From IMG/VR virus record IMGVR_UViG_3300025284_000001, positions 1 to 63,580 of that record: 63,580 nucleotides of DNA. One strand, given 5' to 3'. The position numbers and the translations under genes are program-made. Under the pieces are notes generated by a model. That model saw only the letters and a list, made by a program, of their open reading frames with translations. It ran no database searches and was not told where the DNA came from. Source of the stretch: a virus. Shown piece by piece: positions 1 through 8,827 of the stretch (position 1 is the stretch's first letter; each line of letters opens with the position of its first letter).

Positions 1-127
1 CTAACTTCGATAGTGCCCGAGTACATACGAATCTAGTAGTCGTGAATACTCGCGAGATAAACGCCAGGTCAAACGGAGCATTATGCGCAACTATTGTCGT
101 ACCAAACGCGAAGTAATCCAACGCTGA
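1..127. repeat. Terminal direct repeat copy 1 (identical to 63454..63580); circular-closure overlap
   Basis: All 127 nt match 63454..63580 base for base; one ORF reads through the junction. Confidence 0.95.
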
Positions 128-355
128 CAACGCATCCCACTCGCACATTCCACCTGTTAAATCTTCGCCCTTGATTCCGGTTAGTTCCGTAATTTCTGGC
201 GGAATCACGACTCCGTCTGGCAATCTAACGAGCGTGTGAAATCGTCCAATCTCGCGTATACCATCCGTTCGGATTGCGGCAATTTCCGTTATGTGATCCG
301 TCTCGTGATCAAGTCCGGTCGTCTCGATGTCAACTACCGTGCATATTTCGGACAC
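1..355 (-). CDS. DnaQ/DEDDh-type 3'-5' exonuclease, 5' part (gene crosses window junction and continues 63453..63212)
   Basis: GTG at 355 with GGAGG 7 nt upstream; translation VSEICTVVDIETTGLDHETDHITEIAAIRTDG... (Exo I DIETTG) runs in frame into ORF 63212..63574 through the repeat; 597 nt in the circle. Confidence 0.8.
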   Translation of the reverse strand, partial: MSEICTVVDIETTGLDHETDHITEIAAIRTDGIREIGRFHTLVRLPDGVVIPPEITELTGIKGEDLTGGMCEWDALSALDYFAFGTTIVAHNAPFDLAFISRVFTTTRFVCTRALSKL

Positions 356-636
356 TAAACCGCCTCCCAAACTTCGATTGTCTTCGGGACTTTCACGACT
401 TCCTCGCATTCCACGAAGTCTTCGTATTCCCACGGCGTTTCGCTTTGACATTCCGTAGCGCCCTCGGAGTATTCCGTTCTATACGTCTTTCCATCAATCC
501 AGCGGAACACTAGCGTATGGTGGATAGACCACCGCGAAGTATTCGTGATTGTATCTTCGAGGACTTCCACCCCACCAAACCCACAGTCAGGAAGTCCATA
601 CTCGCGCAATTCATCGCTTGATATTTTAATTTCCAC
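355..636 (-). CDS. hypothetical protein (93 aa)
   Basis: ORF track; same strand as operon, stop overlaps next start (TAGTG), abuts upstream ORF. Confidence 0.6.
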   Translation of the reverse strand: MEIKISSDELREYGLPDCGFGGVEVLEDTITNTSRWSIHHTLVFRWIDGKTYRTEYSEGATECQSETPWEYEDFVECEEVVKVPKTIEVWEAV

Positions 637-888
637 TTACTCGCCCTCGCTTTCATCGATAAATTTGTACTCGTAAGTCTCGCCGCGTTTTCCAGCTTCA
701 TAAGCAGCCTTGACGAGAGCTGCGATCTTGTATGCGCCATTCAGATCGCGATTGAACGTGTTGTCTTCAGGCTCTCCCGCGCAGATAACCACACTTGCGA
801 TACGCTTTCCTTCATTATCATATAGCGTGACATACACGGAACCTTTTCCATATTCCTCATCGATATTGTGCGTCTCAACAACTTTCAT
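637..888 (-). CDS. hypothetical protein (83 aa)
   Basis: ORF track; directly follows polymerase stop, tightly packed. Confidence 0.6.
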   Translation of the reverse strand: MKVVETHNIDEEYGKGSVYVTLYDNEGKRIASVVICAGEPEDNTFNRDLNGAYKIAALVKAAYEAGKRGETYEYKFIDESEGE

Positions 889-3705
889 TTACGCTGCCCC
901 CTTCGGTTTTCTCTTCTCAAAATCCCAATCTTCCGCGCCATACTCGCTCATCCACACGATCTCAATGACTGTATCGCACTCTAACGGAGTTTCCAGCGTC
1001 ACCGTATTCGTCATGATGTCGTCATATAGCGCGATAGCTTCCGGCGTAAGCTCTTCGATCGGCAGACTATGCTTCTGCTCGTCATGAAGCGTCAAGTTAA
1101 ACTCCCATCCGCGAGCAAGCGTCAGTTCGTAATAGCTGCGGATCATACACAATTGGAGAACGTTCGCGCCCGATCCTTGAATCGTATGGTTGAACGCCTG
1201 TCTCTCCGCGCGGCCGGTCGCCTTGATAAGCTCCCAAAACTCCGAACGCTCTTCCCATTTGAGCTTCGACGATTTCTTGCCGAGTTCAGGGTCGTTCTTA
1301 TCGCGGATTCCGGCTTTACGCATGAGCTGACATAGTCGTTTCCATTGCTTGACGTATTCCGGAAACCTCCGCTTTTGCCCCCACAGAGTCGCGACCCATC
1401 CGTGAGTCCGCAAGTGTTCGAAGGTCGTCTCGACCATCCGTTTGAATCCCGGCAATACTTCGTCAAACTTGGCGTAAGCTCTCCGCGCCTGTTCCTCGGA
1501 TACTCCGTAAGGCTGAACGGACTTGTAGAATTGTTCGAAAGCCTGTCCGTAACCTTCCGCGAGGAACAATTGTTTCATGAGCTTCCGGTATGGCGGAACG
1601 GCGTTAGGTGTTCCCTTGACGGATTTGTAATACGCCTCGTAACAGACCTCTTTCGGAACCTCGAATAAAATAGCGGCAAATTCAACGTATGGCTCGAAGC
1701 CATTTCGGTACATGTCCGCAAATATCTGATCATTAAACTCCGCCGCCATTCGATGAGCTTGAATACGCGGCTCTATTGATGAAAGATCTGATCCAAGAAA
1801 CACGTATCCTTCACGAGGTTTAAAAGTCTTACGAACTCGCACCCCCTCTTCGTTCCGCGACGGGATGTTCTGCAAGTTCGTCCCTTTCGGAACCTTCGTC
1901 TCACACTCGACAAGCCGCTGCATGATCTCGATGAAATTGCCGTCGTTAACTTCTCGCGGCATCATCTCGTTAGGCTTGCCGCTGTATCCACTAGATCCGT
2001 AGCGTCCGGTCGATACCGTCTTGAGCTGCGTGTGCAATCGTCCATCAACGTCCAGCGCGTCCGGAATCTTATCGACGTACGTCCCGAGCAGCTTATCGAA
2101 CTTTGCGTACTCGGCCAGCGGCTTCAACGATTCCTCCTCGTCGAAATAACGCTGTAACACGTCGTTGGATACTGCGCGTACCTTCTTCTTGTCCTTTACG
2201 ATGTCTTTCGTACGATCCTTGATTCCGAGATGGTCGTAAATCAGATACGCAATGTGGTCGTTGGACGAGATGTTAAATTCCGCGATATAATCCGGAGCAT
2301 TCTGCGGAATTGGCTCCGCGAGTTTCTCCGTTTCATATCGACTGATCCGTTCTTTCAATTGCGCGTACTTCTTCGTCGATGGATTCGCGGTAGACAGTTC
2401 CGCACGACATTTCGTCAACATATCGGATTGTTTCGCAATACGTTGCGTCTGCTTCTCTATCCACTCGCGAATCTTATCGCCTTTCAACACCATCGACATG
2501 TCGAGTAGAAACGCATCGTCGATGTTGTACGCCTGGAACAGATCTACTCGCGCTTGTTCGAGTCGTTCGCGATACTCAACGCCTAATCCCGCGAGTCCAT
2601 CGAGGTCGATTTCGAATCCAGTACGTTCAATCGTGACGTTGACTTCCGGTAGATACTGTCGAATCTCGAAGTATGGAACGTGAAGGTCATCGTGCTTACG
2701 TAACATGTCGATTTGCCATTTCGTCAGGAACCATCCTTTGTGGACGTCTTTGATCGCGTATATTCCAACAACTTCGATTTCGTAAACCATCGGCGAGCCT
2801 TTATCGAACAAGTCCTCGAATGTAAAGTCATCCATTTCGAGAGCAGCTCCGCCGATCATCCGTTTGTATTTCGTGAATAATTGTTTTAAGCCATAGCTTT
2901 CTTCGTGATCGTTGAGAATGTTCTGCGCATCCATCGAGTCATAACGGACACCCTTCGCGTCGATCCCGTCATTTCGAAACATCGACAAGTCGAACGGTGC
3001 GTTGTGGAACGACTTGATTTGACGCGGACTCTCCATGAACTGACGAATAGCTCCGAGTGCTATCGAACGGCGACATTGTTTCTCTCCCGTCAGATGTCCG
3101 TACGCGACGTAATATCCTTCATTAAGTAGCGGAAGCCATAGCGAGTAGCCCCCCGTTAAATCAATTCGCTGATCAACTCCGGATGTCTCCGTATCCCACA
3201 CCGTAAGGGACACGACTGCGGGAATCTCGACGCCGCGTTCGACTAACTTCCGACGAATCAACGTATTGTTGAACAAGTCGAACACTTCGCGGAACCAATC
3301 GTCTTGTTGCTGCAATCGGATTTCCTCCCGCAGACGAGCGATCATCTGCGGAAGATCCGTTTCATCCGTGATTATGTGATAATTCTCCGGCTTAGTCCGG
3401 AGAGTTTCCGAGATGCGACGTTGCCGCGCCGCACTCTCGTTCTCCCGTTTAACTTTCGTCCCCATTGCGAGGACTTCGCCCTTGGTCAGCGCACCCTCGG
3501 AAAGTCTGCCTGTCACTCCCGAGAAGTACGCCCGTTTTGCTATTCCGTAGAGTTCGCGTTCTTTGTCCGACAGCTTCATGCCGCCGACCCGTTCAAACGC
3601 TTCCTGGATGCTTTCCTTCGCCTTGCTGCGTCGCTCAACCGCTTGTTTAACGGCGTCCCGCGCCTTGGAGTCGTTCGGCGAGCGCAAGGTCAGTTTGACC
3701 TCCAT
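889..3705 (-). CDS. polA: Family A (Pol I-like) DNA polymerase with 3'-5' proofreading domain
   Basis: 938 aa; Exo I VWDTETSGVD, Exo II HNAPFDL, Exo III YAIKDVH; pol motif A GSDLSSIEPR, motif B RKLMKQLFLAEGYG, motif C TLHDE. Confidence 0.9.
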   Translation of the reverse strand: MEVKLTLRSPNDSKARDAVKQAVERRSKAKESIQEAFERVGGMKLSDKERELYGIAKRAYFSGVTGRLSEGALTKGEVLAMGTKVKRENESAARQRRISETLRTKPENYHIITDETDLPQMIARLREEIRLQQQDDWFREVFDLFNNTLIRRKLVERGVEIPAVVSLTVWDTETSGVDQRIDLTGGYSLWLPLLNEGYYVAYGHLTGEKQCRRSIALGAIRQFMESPRQIKSFHNAPFDLSMFRNDGIDAKGVRYDSMDAQNILNDHEESYGLKQLFTKYKRMIGGAALEMDDFTFEDLFDKGSPMVYEIEVVGIYAIKDVHKGWFLTKWQIDMLRKHDDLHVPYFEIRQYLPEVNVTIERTGFEIDLDGLAGLGVEYRERLEQARVDLFQAYNIDDAFLLDMSMVLKGDKIREWIEKQTQRIAKQSDMLTKCRAELSTANPSTKKYAQLKERISRYETEKLAEPIPQNAPDYIAEFNISSNDHIAYLIYDHLGIKDRTKDIVKDKKKVRAVSNDVLQRYFDEEESLKPLAEYAKFDKLLGTYVDKIPDALDVDGRLHTQLKTVSTGRYGSSGYSGKPNEMMPREVNDGNFIEIMQRLVECETKVPKGTNLQNIPSRNEEGVRVRKTFKPREGYVFLGSDLSSIEPRIQAHRMAAEFNDQIFADMYRNGFEPYVEFAAILFEVPKEVCYEAYYKSVKGTPNAVPPYRKLMKQLFLAEGYGQAFEQFYKSVQPYGVSEEQARRAYAKFDEVLPGFKRMVETTFEHLRTHGWVATLWGQKRRFPEYVKQWKRLCQLMRKAGIRDKNDPELGKKSSKLKWEERSEFWELIKATGRAERQAFNHTIQGSGANVLQLCMIRSYYELTLARGWEFNLTLHDEQKHSLPIEELTPEAIALYDDIMTNTVTLETPLECDTVIEIVWMSEYGAEDWDFEKRKPKGAA

Positions 3706-3723
3706 CGTATCGCCCTCCGTTCT

Positions 3724-5271
3724 TTAGTTGGCTACCGCGAGACTGACGACGGATCCGGCTGGCGCGATCAATGTTAAATGATTACCTCTCGCCCATGTTC
3801 CAGATGAGTTCTGAACAAATACCGGCTTTTCTAGACGGTAGCGAGGAGAATTCAAGACTCCGTTGACCTCTACGATCGTTGTGACGATGCCATTGTATTC
3901 ATTAAGAGCATTTCCGCCAGTGTTGCTGTTGTATCTAACGACATCACCCTTCTTAAACTCGCCTACCTCGCGTCCGATTGCCGCCCACTTCGCGACTTCT
4001 TCGGCTTTTGCTTTTTCCTCTTCAAGTTTGCGGCGCGCTTCCGCGACCTCTTCGACAGTTGCGCGGACGACGTTTTTCTCATGTTTCCAACCGATGCGTG
4101 CGCCGTCAAGAGCGTATACTTTAAACGGAAGCGTGGATTTATCATCAAGTCCGACGATTACGATATCCCCGACGCGGCCGGTACTGCCCCCGATAACCTT
4201 CGCATACTCCCCGACTTTCAATCGATCCATCTCCGCGATTTCCTGTTCGGATAGCTTCGCGAGCTGCGAAGGGAGTGCGTACCCAGTCTGTTGCTCACCG
4301 CCTGTAATTTGGATCTTGTTACCGATGAGATATCGCGGATTATTTACGGTGTACACATTCCCGTTTTTATACCCGTACAACGGACTCACACCACCGCCGC
4401 TAACCAATCGCACCTTGTCGCCTTTTTCGAAAGCAATGCGTGGATCTTTCGCCTTCTCTTCCTCCGCCTTCTGCGTTGCCAGTTTCGATTCGGCCTCGGC
4501 AAGTTGCGATTGCAACTCGGAAACTTGGCGTTGGAGGTCGTCGGCCGTTGCGATGCGCTCTACGAGAATACGTCCTTTTGATGTACCACTGTTGCAGAAA
4601 CTGCGCTCGTCATCCATGTCGTCGAAGAATACGCCTCGTTCTGATACGCCCAATCGTTTAATTTCGTAAACTTTTCCCTTTGTTAGATCCGTTTCATTAT
4701 GGAGCATATAAACGAAGTCACCAACTTTCGGCTTACGATCAACCTTGCGGTATTTCACGCCGTCCACTTCGATGATGTCATCCGATTGTTCCACGATTGG
4801 CTCAAGGACAACGTAATCTCCGTACGTATGAACCAACGTTTGTACATAACCGTCATCTCGTCTAAAGCGAACGCCGTTTGTCACATATGACTGTTCCGTG
4901 ATTGCAACTACGATATCGCCTCGTTTAAACGAATGCGAATATCCTCCAACTACCTTCGCTTTCTCACCAACTTCCGCCTTTCGATTCACCTCGCGATACT
5001 GCTGCGTCTGCGGCACGGATACTTTACGGAACAGCGTGTACTCGATGAAATACCCGTCAAAATCATCGCCGATGTTATCAATAATCTGCGGATCGTCGTT
5101 AGAGTCAATGCCTTCTACTTTGTAATACGCACCCGTTGTCACATATTCGGAACCCGTTTCATCAACGCGAAGGATGTCGCCAGCTTTCGGAGTCACGTCG
5201 ATCTTCTCGTACTTCACACCGTTGTACGCGATTGCTTCCGCCGTCAGAACTACACCGTTTAATTTCGCCAT
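3724..5271 (-). CDS. Repeat-rich protein of unknown function (multiple small beta-barrel-like modules); paralog of 53951..55081
   Basis: 515 aa; repeated Y-R/K-x-V-D/N-R-K-x-x-V-G-D/E modules (VKYRKVDRKPKVGDFV, QQYREVNRKAEVGEKA), central coiled coil. Confidence 0.7.
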   Translation of the reverse strand: MAKLNGVVLTAEAIAYNGVKYEKIDVTPKAGDILRVDETGSEYVTTGAYYKVEGIDSNDDPQIIDNIGDDFDGYFIEYTLFRKVSVPQTQQYREVNRKAEVGEKAKVVGGYSHSFKRGDIVVAITEQSYVTNGVRFRRDDGYVQTLVHTYGDYVVLEPIVEQSDDIIEVDGVKYRKVDRKPKVGDFVYMLHNETDLTKGKVYEIKRLGVSERGVFFDDMDDERSFCNSGTSKGRILVERIATADDLQRQVSELQSQLAEAESKLATQKAEEEKAKDPRIAFEKGDKVRLVSGGGVSPLYGYKNGNVYTVNNPRYLIGNKIQITGGEQQTGYALPSQLAKLSEQEIAEMDRLKVGEYAKVIGGSTGRVGDIVIVGLDDKSTLPFKVYALDGARIGWKHEKNVVRATVEEVAEARRKLEEEKAKAEEVAKWAAIGREVGEFKKGDVVRYNSNTGGNALNEYNGIVTTIVEVNGVLNSPRYRLEKPVFVQNSSGTWARGNHLTLIAPAGSVVSLAVAN

Positions 5272-5295
5272 TAATAAATTCCTCCCGAATTTGTA

Positions 5296-5676
5296 TTAGT
5301 TGCGTTGATATGCCGTCTCCAAACGTGTCCACTTATCGTCGATCAAGTCGGGTCGTGCCCAATACTCGGTCTGCTCCACGTTTGGAATCAAATACACCGC
5401 ATCTTCCGTCACGCCTGCGATATAATCGCAATCTTCGCGTGTGTAAATTTGCCCGTTTGATTTCCGAGCTTGGATTACGATTGCTCTGTCGCGATCCTCC
5501 CGTACGCGAGCCGTTTTCACCTGCACTCGGAAGTGCTCGCCGTTTCTCGGATCGCGCACCGTCAGATCGTAAGGCTCGGGTGCAATCGGCTGTGACACTT
5601 CGTACCCATTCGCGAGCAACGCTAACATCACTCGCAACTCCGAATGAGTCCCGATATTCGTGGACTCACTTGCCAT
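5296..5676 (-). CDS. PD-(D/E)XK-type endonuclease-like protein
   Basis: 126 aa; GTHSELRVMLALLANGYEV ... PYDLTVRD ... FRVQVKTAR (D...Q-V-K core). Confidence 0.5.
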   Translation of the reverse strand: MASESTNIGTHSELRVMLALLANGYEVSQPIAPEPYDLTVRDPRNGEHFRVQVKTARVREDRDRAIVIQARKSNGQIYTREDCDYIAGVTEDAVYLIPNVEQTEYWARPDLIDDKWTRLETAYQRN

Positions 5677-5830
5677 GTTCCGCCTCCTCTACGTTGTGGA
5701 GCATCGGGACGGCGAAGACGAATGCCGCCCCAAACGCAATGATTGCTACGCCGATTCCGCCACGTTCCAGGACGAATCCACCCGTTGCCGCAAGCGCTAG
5801 AACCGATATGATTTCGAGTAATCGATACAT
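5666..5830 (-). CDS. small membrane protein (54 aa, below ORF-track cutoff)
   Basis: ATG at 5830 after GGAGGTGA; MYRLLEIISVLALAATGGFVLERGGIGVAIIAFGAAFVFAVPML...; stop overlaps next ATG. Confidence 0.45.
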   Translation of the reverse strand: MYRLLEIISVLALAATGGFVLERGGIGVAIIAFGAAFVFAVPMLHNVEEAEHGK

Positions 5831-5846
5831 TCGCGGTCACCTCCGA

Positions 5847-6623
5847 TTAAAAAGGAAGATCATCGGCCGAGATGTCGATCGGCTTCCCGTCGTCCGAGAA
5901 CGGCTCACTCGTAGGAGCCGACGTTGCCGCAGCGCCGAGTACCGATTTGTCCAACTTCGCTTCGTCCGATGCTTCCGATAGAATCTTCGTGATGTCGTCA
6001 ACTTCTCGGAAGTTTGCGAGTTCAGCGTAATCAATCGGTTGTCCGAGGAGCTTCTTCGCGGCTTCAAGGACGGCATCATCAAGTTCACCGGAGGACATTT
6101 CGTATGACTTTCCGTCGGATGTCTTTCCGATTACCACCGCGTCGCCAACAAGCGTGTAGTCCTTCTGGAACTTCTTCGCGGCCTTTTCGAGCTTGTCGAA
6201 ATCCCCGATAATGTTCGACGCGTGGAATTCTTTTAAGTCCAGCACGCGCCACTCGTTATACTCCGGATCGAATACAGGAACCATAAAGTACAATTTGCGT
6301 TTGGCCTTCGCAGCGCACGAGATGCACGCGGCTTTATCCGGCTTTTCATACTTCGTAAAATCTTCGCCAGTTCCGCGAGGACTGTGGAGACACGTATGCT
6401 TGCGTACATAAGTCGATCGTGTCGCAAAGTCTCCGTCTTCATGCGTATAGTAGAAGAACCATTTGTCCGGATCGGCGAGCAAGACGAATGTCTTTCCGTC
6501 TTTTAGCTCTTGGCCGAGTCGTACGTATCGCGTTACGCCTTCCGGAAGATTACTGTTACTTCCGCCATTTGCTGCTTGGTCGCGCTTTTCCTCACGCTGT
6601 TTTAGTACATTACGAATGCTCAT
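5847..6623 (-). CDS. putative ssDNA-binding protein
   Basis: 258 aa; Cys/His cluster HTCLH...CISC; disordered acidic C-terminus ending DISADDLPF, like the SSB DDDIPF tail. Confidence 0.5.
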   Translation of the reverse strand: MSIRNVLKQREEKRDQAANGGSNSNLPEGVTRYVRLGQELKDGKTFVLLADPDKWFFYYTHEDGDFATRSTYVRKHTCLHSPRGTGEDFTKYEKPDKAACISCAAKAKRKLYFMVPVFDPEYNEWRVLDLKEFHASNIIGDFDKLEKAAKKFQKDYTLVGDAVVIGKTSDGKSYEMSSGELDDAVLEAAKKLLGQPIDYAELANFREVDDITKILSEASDEAKLDKSVLGAAATSAPTSEPFSDDGKPIDISADDLPF

Positions 6624-6791
6624 CTACGCATTCCTCCCGCATAATTATTGTCGAACTCGGGATATTCCCGCGTCCGCGATACGGCACTAACGCCTACTTC
6701 CCACGACCTCGGCCTAAGGATCATTTACGTGGGCATAAATTCAACGCTAATGCCGTATGGCCGACGCGGACATAAAGTCCGTGTCATTGCG

Positions 6792-7331
6792 TCATACATA
6801 AGCTGCTTTCGTATAGACCGCACTCTTCCACTCGGCCTCCGCGCTCTCAAGTAAGATACGAAACTCCCGTATCTCTTCGTAAAGTGCTGCGATACGTCCA
6901 TCACACGCAAGCTTTACCGCTTCACTTCGCGCTTTGACTTTACGCAAGTTTATTTCCGCAATCTCTACGTTAAGCTCCGCTATTTTAATGGTAGATTCTC
7001 GTCTGATTTTTTCGAGTTTCCGACCAATCCGACGAGCTTCCTTCTCCACGAGGTCGGTGACTTTATGCCTAATTTCACGATTCCTTCTTTCCGGCTTATA
7101 TACCGAGTGGACACGCAACTCCTTCGCGTTTACAACGATAAGAACAGAACCGTTGCTGAAAATCCGACGAAGGTTACCGAGCTTATCGAACGTGTCGCCG
7201 ATATAAACCGATGTTGCAAATTGTTCGCGAATCCAATTCCCAGCTTTGTCGTTCTCGACACCGAACCTTTCTCTTGCACGTTTACATGCATGTGGTTCGA
7301 TTTTTATTATCGTTTCTGACACCTCGCCCAC
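6792..7331 (-). CDS. hypothetical coiled-coil protein (179 aa)
   Basis: ORF track; C-terminal heptad-like E/K/R/I-rich region. Confidence 0.6.
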   Translation of the reverse strand: MGEVSETIIKIEPHACKRARERFGVENDKAGNWIREQFATSVYIGDTFDKLGNLRRIFSNGSVLIVVNAKELRVHSVYKPERRNREIRHKVTDLVEKEARRIGRKLEKIRRESTIKIAELNVEIAEINLRKVKARSEAVKLACDGRIAALYEEIREFRILLESAEAEWKSAVYTKAAYV

Positions 7332-7337
7332 CTCCCG

Positions 7338-7496
7338 TTATCCGAGCCGAACGCCGCCGATAGAACGGAGATAATCGGCAGGATCGTCTTCAGGCGAAAT
7401 TTGATCGAGTTCGTTGCGCGATGTGTAATCGGAAACAACGTCGGACACTTGCGAAACTTCTCGCGATATCATTCGTATATATGATTGAATGTTCAT
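7338..7496 (-). CDS. small hypothetical protein (52 aa)
   Basis: ATG at 7496, GGAG 8 nt upstream; MNIQSYIRMISREVSQVSDVVSDYTSRNELDQ... Confidence 0.4.
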   Translation of the reverse strand: MNIQSYIRMISREVSQVSDVVSDYTSRNELDQISPEDDPADYLRSIGGVRLG

Positions 7497-7559
7497 ATAT
7501 TCATCTCCAAAAAGTAGTTATTTTGTATTGAAAACCCCAAGTAAGTGAATAATTTGTTT

Positions 7560-7588
7560 GACAACTGGGGATAACTTAGATATATTAG
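7560..7588 (+). promoter_or_regulatory. Orphan sigma-A-type promoter TTGACA-17-TATATT
   Basis: Perfect -35 at 7560-7565, 17-nt spacer, TATATT at 7583-7588; no plus-strand ORF downstream. Confidence 0.45.
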
Positions 7589-7827
7589 AAATAGTTTAAG
7601 TGCTTTAAATTGCTGTAATTCTTTTGAAGACGCACTCAAACAAGCCTACCTATCATCATTTTCAGTTTGATGTCCGGCTGCGGTTTGTGTACAATATGCT
7701 AGGAGCCGAGAAAGACATCGTGCTTGATTGCCTTTCTCGTTCCTATAGTTAAGCGTAAAGATAGTCGCGAGACATTTTGAGATTGCCGTCTCTTGTGTTC
7801 GAACCTCTATTCGCTTAACACGAAGAG

Positions 7828-8367
7828 TTAAGCTGTTTGCCGCAGCTTCTCTCGACATTCTTTTCTAAAGCGCTGGATAAACTTGCGTTGGCCACTATTA
7901 GTGCCGCCAAACTGTTCCGCCAAGAACATTGCAAGCTTGGATTCTTCATAGAATCCTTCAGACCACGCCTTTAGAATAAAAACCCTACGGGAATCACCTT
8001 CCGCCAAGAAGGTGATTCTTTCACTTACTAGGAAACTATCATCGACGACCGCCAAATCGTCTGGTAATTCTCTTCGTTCCTCACCGTAATCTCTCTTGTC
8101 TATGGGGTCAAATTCCTCCCACGGTACTTGATTCTTTTTCAATACATTCGATCTCGCATTCCATATCGACTTTTTGACAAGTGCATCTATACTTCCTTTA
8201 CGATTACTATATCTCCTTACAGCTCTTTCTAAACTGTTGTAGCACCTCATCTGGAAAACTGTCTCATCTCTCACTCTATACCAAAGGGACAATGATGTTT
8301 TGTTTATCTCGGGTAAATAGCGAATTAATACATCCTCAAAAGTAAGCTCCTTCGCTTTTTCTGTCAT
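7828..8367 (-). CDS. sigma-70/ECF-like transcription factor (tentative)
   Basis: 179 aa; C-terminal region-4-like segment SKLAMFLAEQFGGTNSGQRKFIQRFRKECREKL; AAAAGGAG RBS. Confidence 0.45.
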   Translation of the reverse strand: MTEKAKELTFEDVLIRYLPEINKTSLSLWYRVRDETVFQMRCYNSLERAVRRYSNRKGSIDALVKKSIWNARSNVLKKNQVPWEEFDPIDKRDYGEERRELPDDLAVVDDSFLVSERITFLAEGDSRRVFILKAWSEGFYEESKLAMFLAEQFGGTNSGQRKFIQRFRKECREKLRQTA

Positions 8368-8395
8368 CTTACTTCTCCTTTTCTCTTCAGTTTAA

Positions 8396-8440
8396 CCTCT
8401 CTACTATATATATGGCACTCATTGCTTCGTTTTGGGACAT
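8396..8440 (-). promoter_or_regulatory. Conserved 45-bp upstream element, copy A (see 16716..16759)
   Basis: Minus sense ATGTCCCAAAACGAAGCAATGAGTGCCATATATATAGTAGAGAGG aligns without gaps to copy B. Confidence 0.45.
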
Positions 8441-8522
8441 GTGTTCATAAATTCTTTTAAACTTTTTTTCGATTGCCTTTTTTGATATGCTAGAATTGTT
8501 CTAACATATCGGAGGGCAGCGT

Positions 8523-8750
8523 ATGGACATCGAAGTCACACGTTGTCACCTCTACGAAATAATCCACTCGCGCGGACTATCCCCGCAGCAATTCGCGGAC
8601 ATCATCGGAGTCAAGGTGCAGCAACTTAGTATGTATAATAGTTTGGATAGAATGATGGGCATGAACAATGCTCTCATTTACTCGTCCATCCTAAACTGCT
8701 CCGTAAATGATTTTTATAGTTACCGCGTAAAGCGTAGAGATGGCGGATGA
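8523..8750 (+). CDS. XRE/Cro-like helix-turn-helix regulator
   Basis: 75 aa; GLSPQQFADIIGVKVQQLSMYN HTH; GGAGGG RBS; divergent from 7828..8367. Confidence 0.75.
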   Translation: MDIEVTRCHLYEIIHSRGLSPQQFADIIGVKVQQLSMYNSLDRMMGMNNALIYSSILNCSVNDFYSYRVKRRDGG

Positions 8751-8827
8751 GGATTGCCGTCCTCGTCTAGCATCTACTTAACGCTTTCGTTAACTTACTT
8801 TATACTCATATTTTACCATGTTAAATA

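Noticed and set aside
1-127. A biological direct terminal repeat, or the inverted or long terminal repeat of a mobile element.
   Set aside because: The repeat is direct and exact, and its length equals a common assembler k-mer. An essential-looking gene reads straight through it. This is most simply a circular assembly overlap, although read data would be needed to exclude a short direct terminal repeat.
889-3705. Inteins or introns in the large enzymes (polymerase, NrdJ, terL).
   Set aside because: The catalytic motifs appear in normal order without interrupting blocks that carry HNH or LAGLIDADG motifs. The only HNH gene is free-standing, at 60434..60910.
7646-7858. A 70-aa minus-strand ORF in the region downstream of the sigma-like gene.
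   Set aside because: It has no ribosome-binding site, overlaps the 3' end of 7828..8367 out of frame, and spans the hairpin-rich region that is better explained as regulatory or non-coding RNA.
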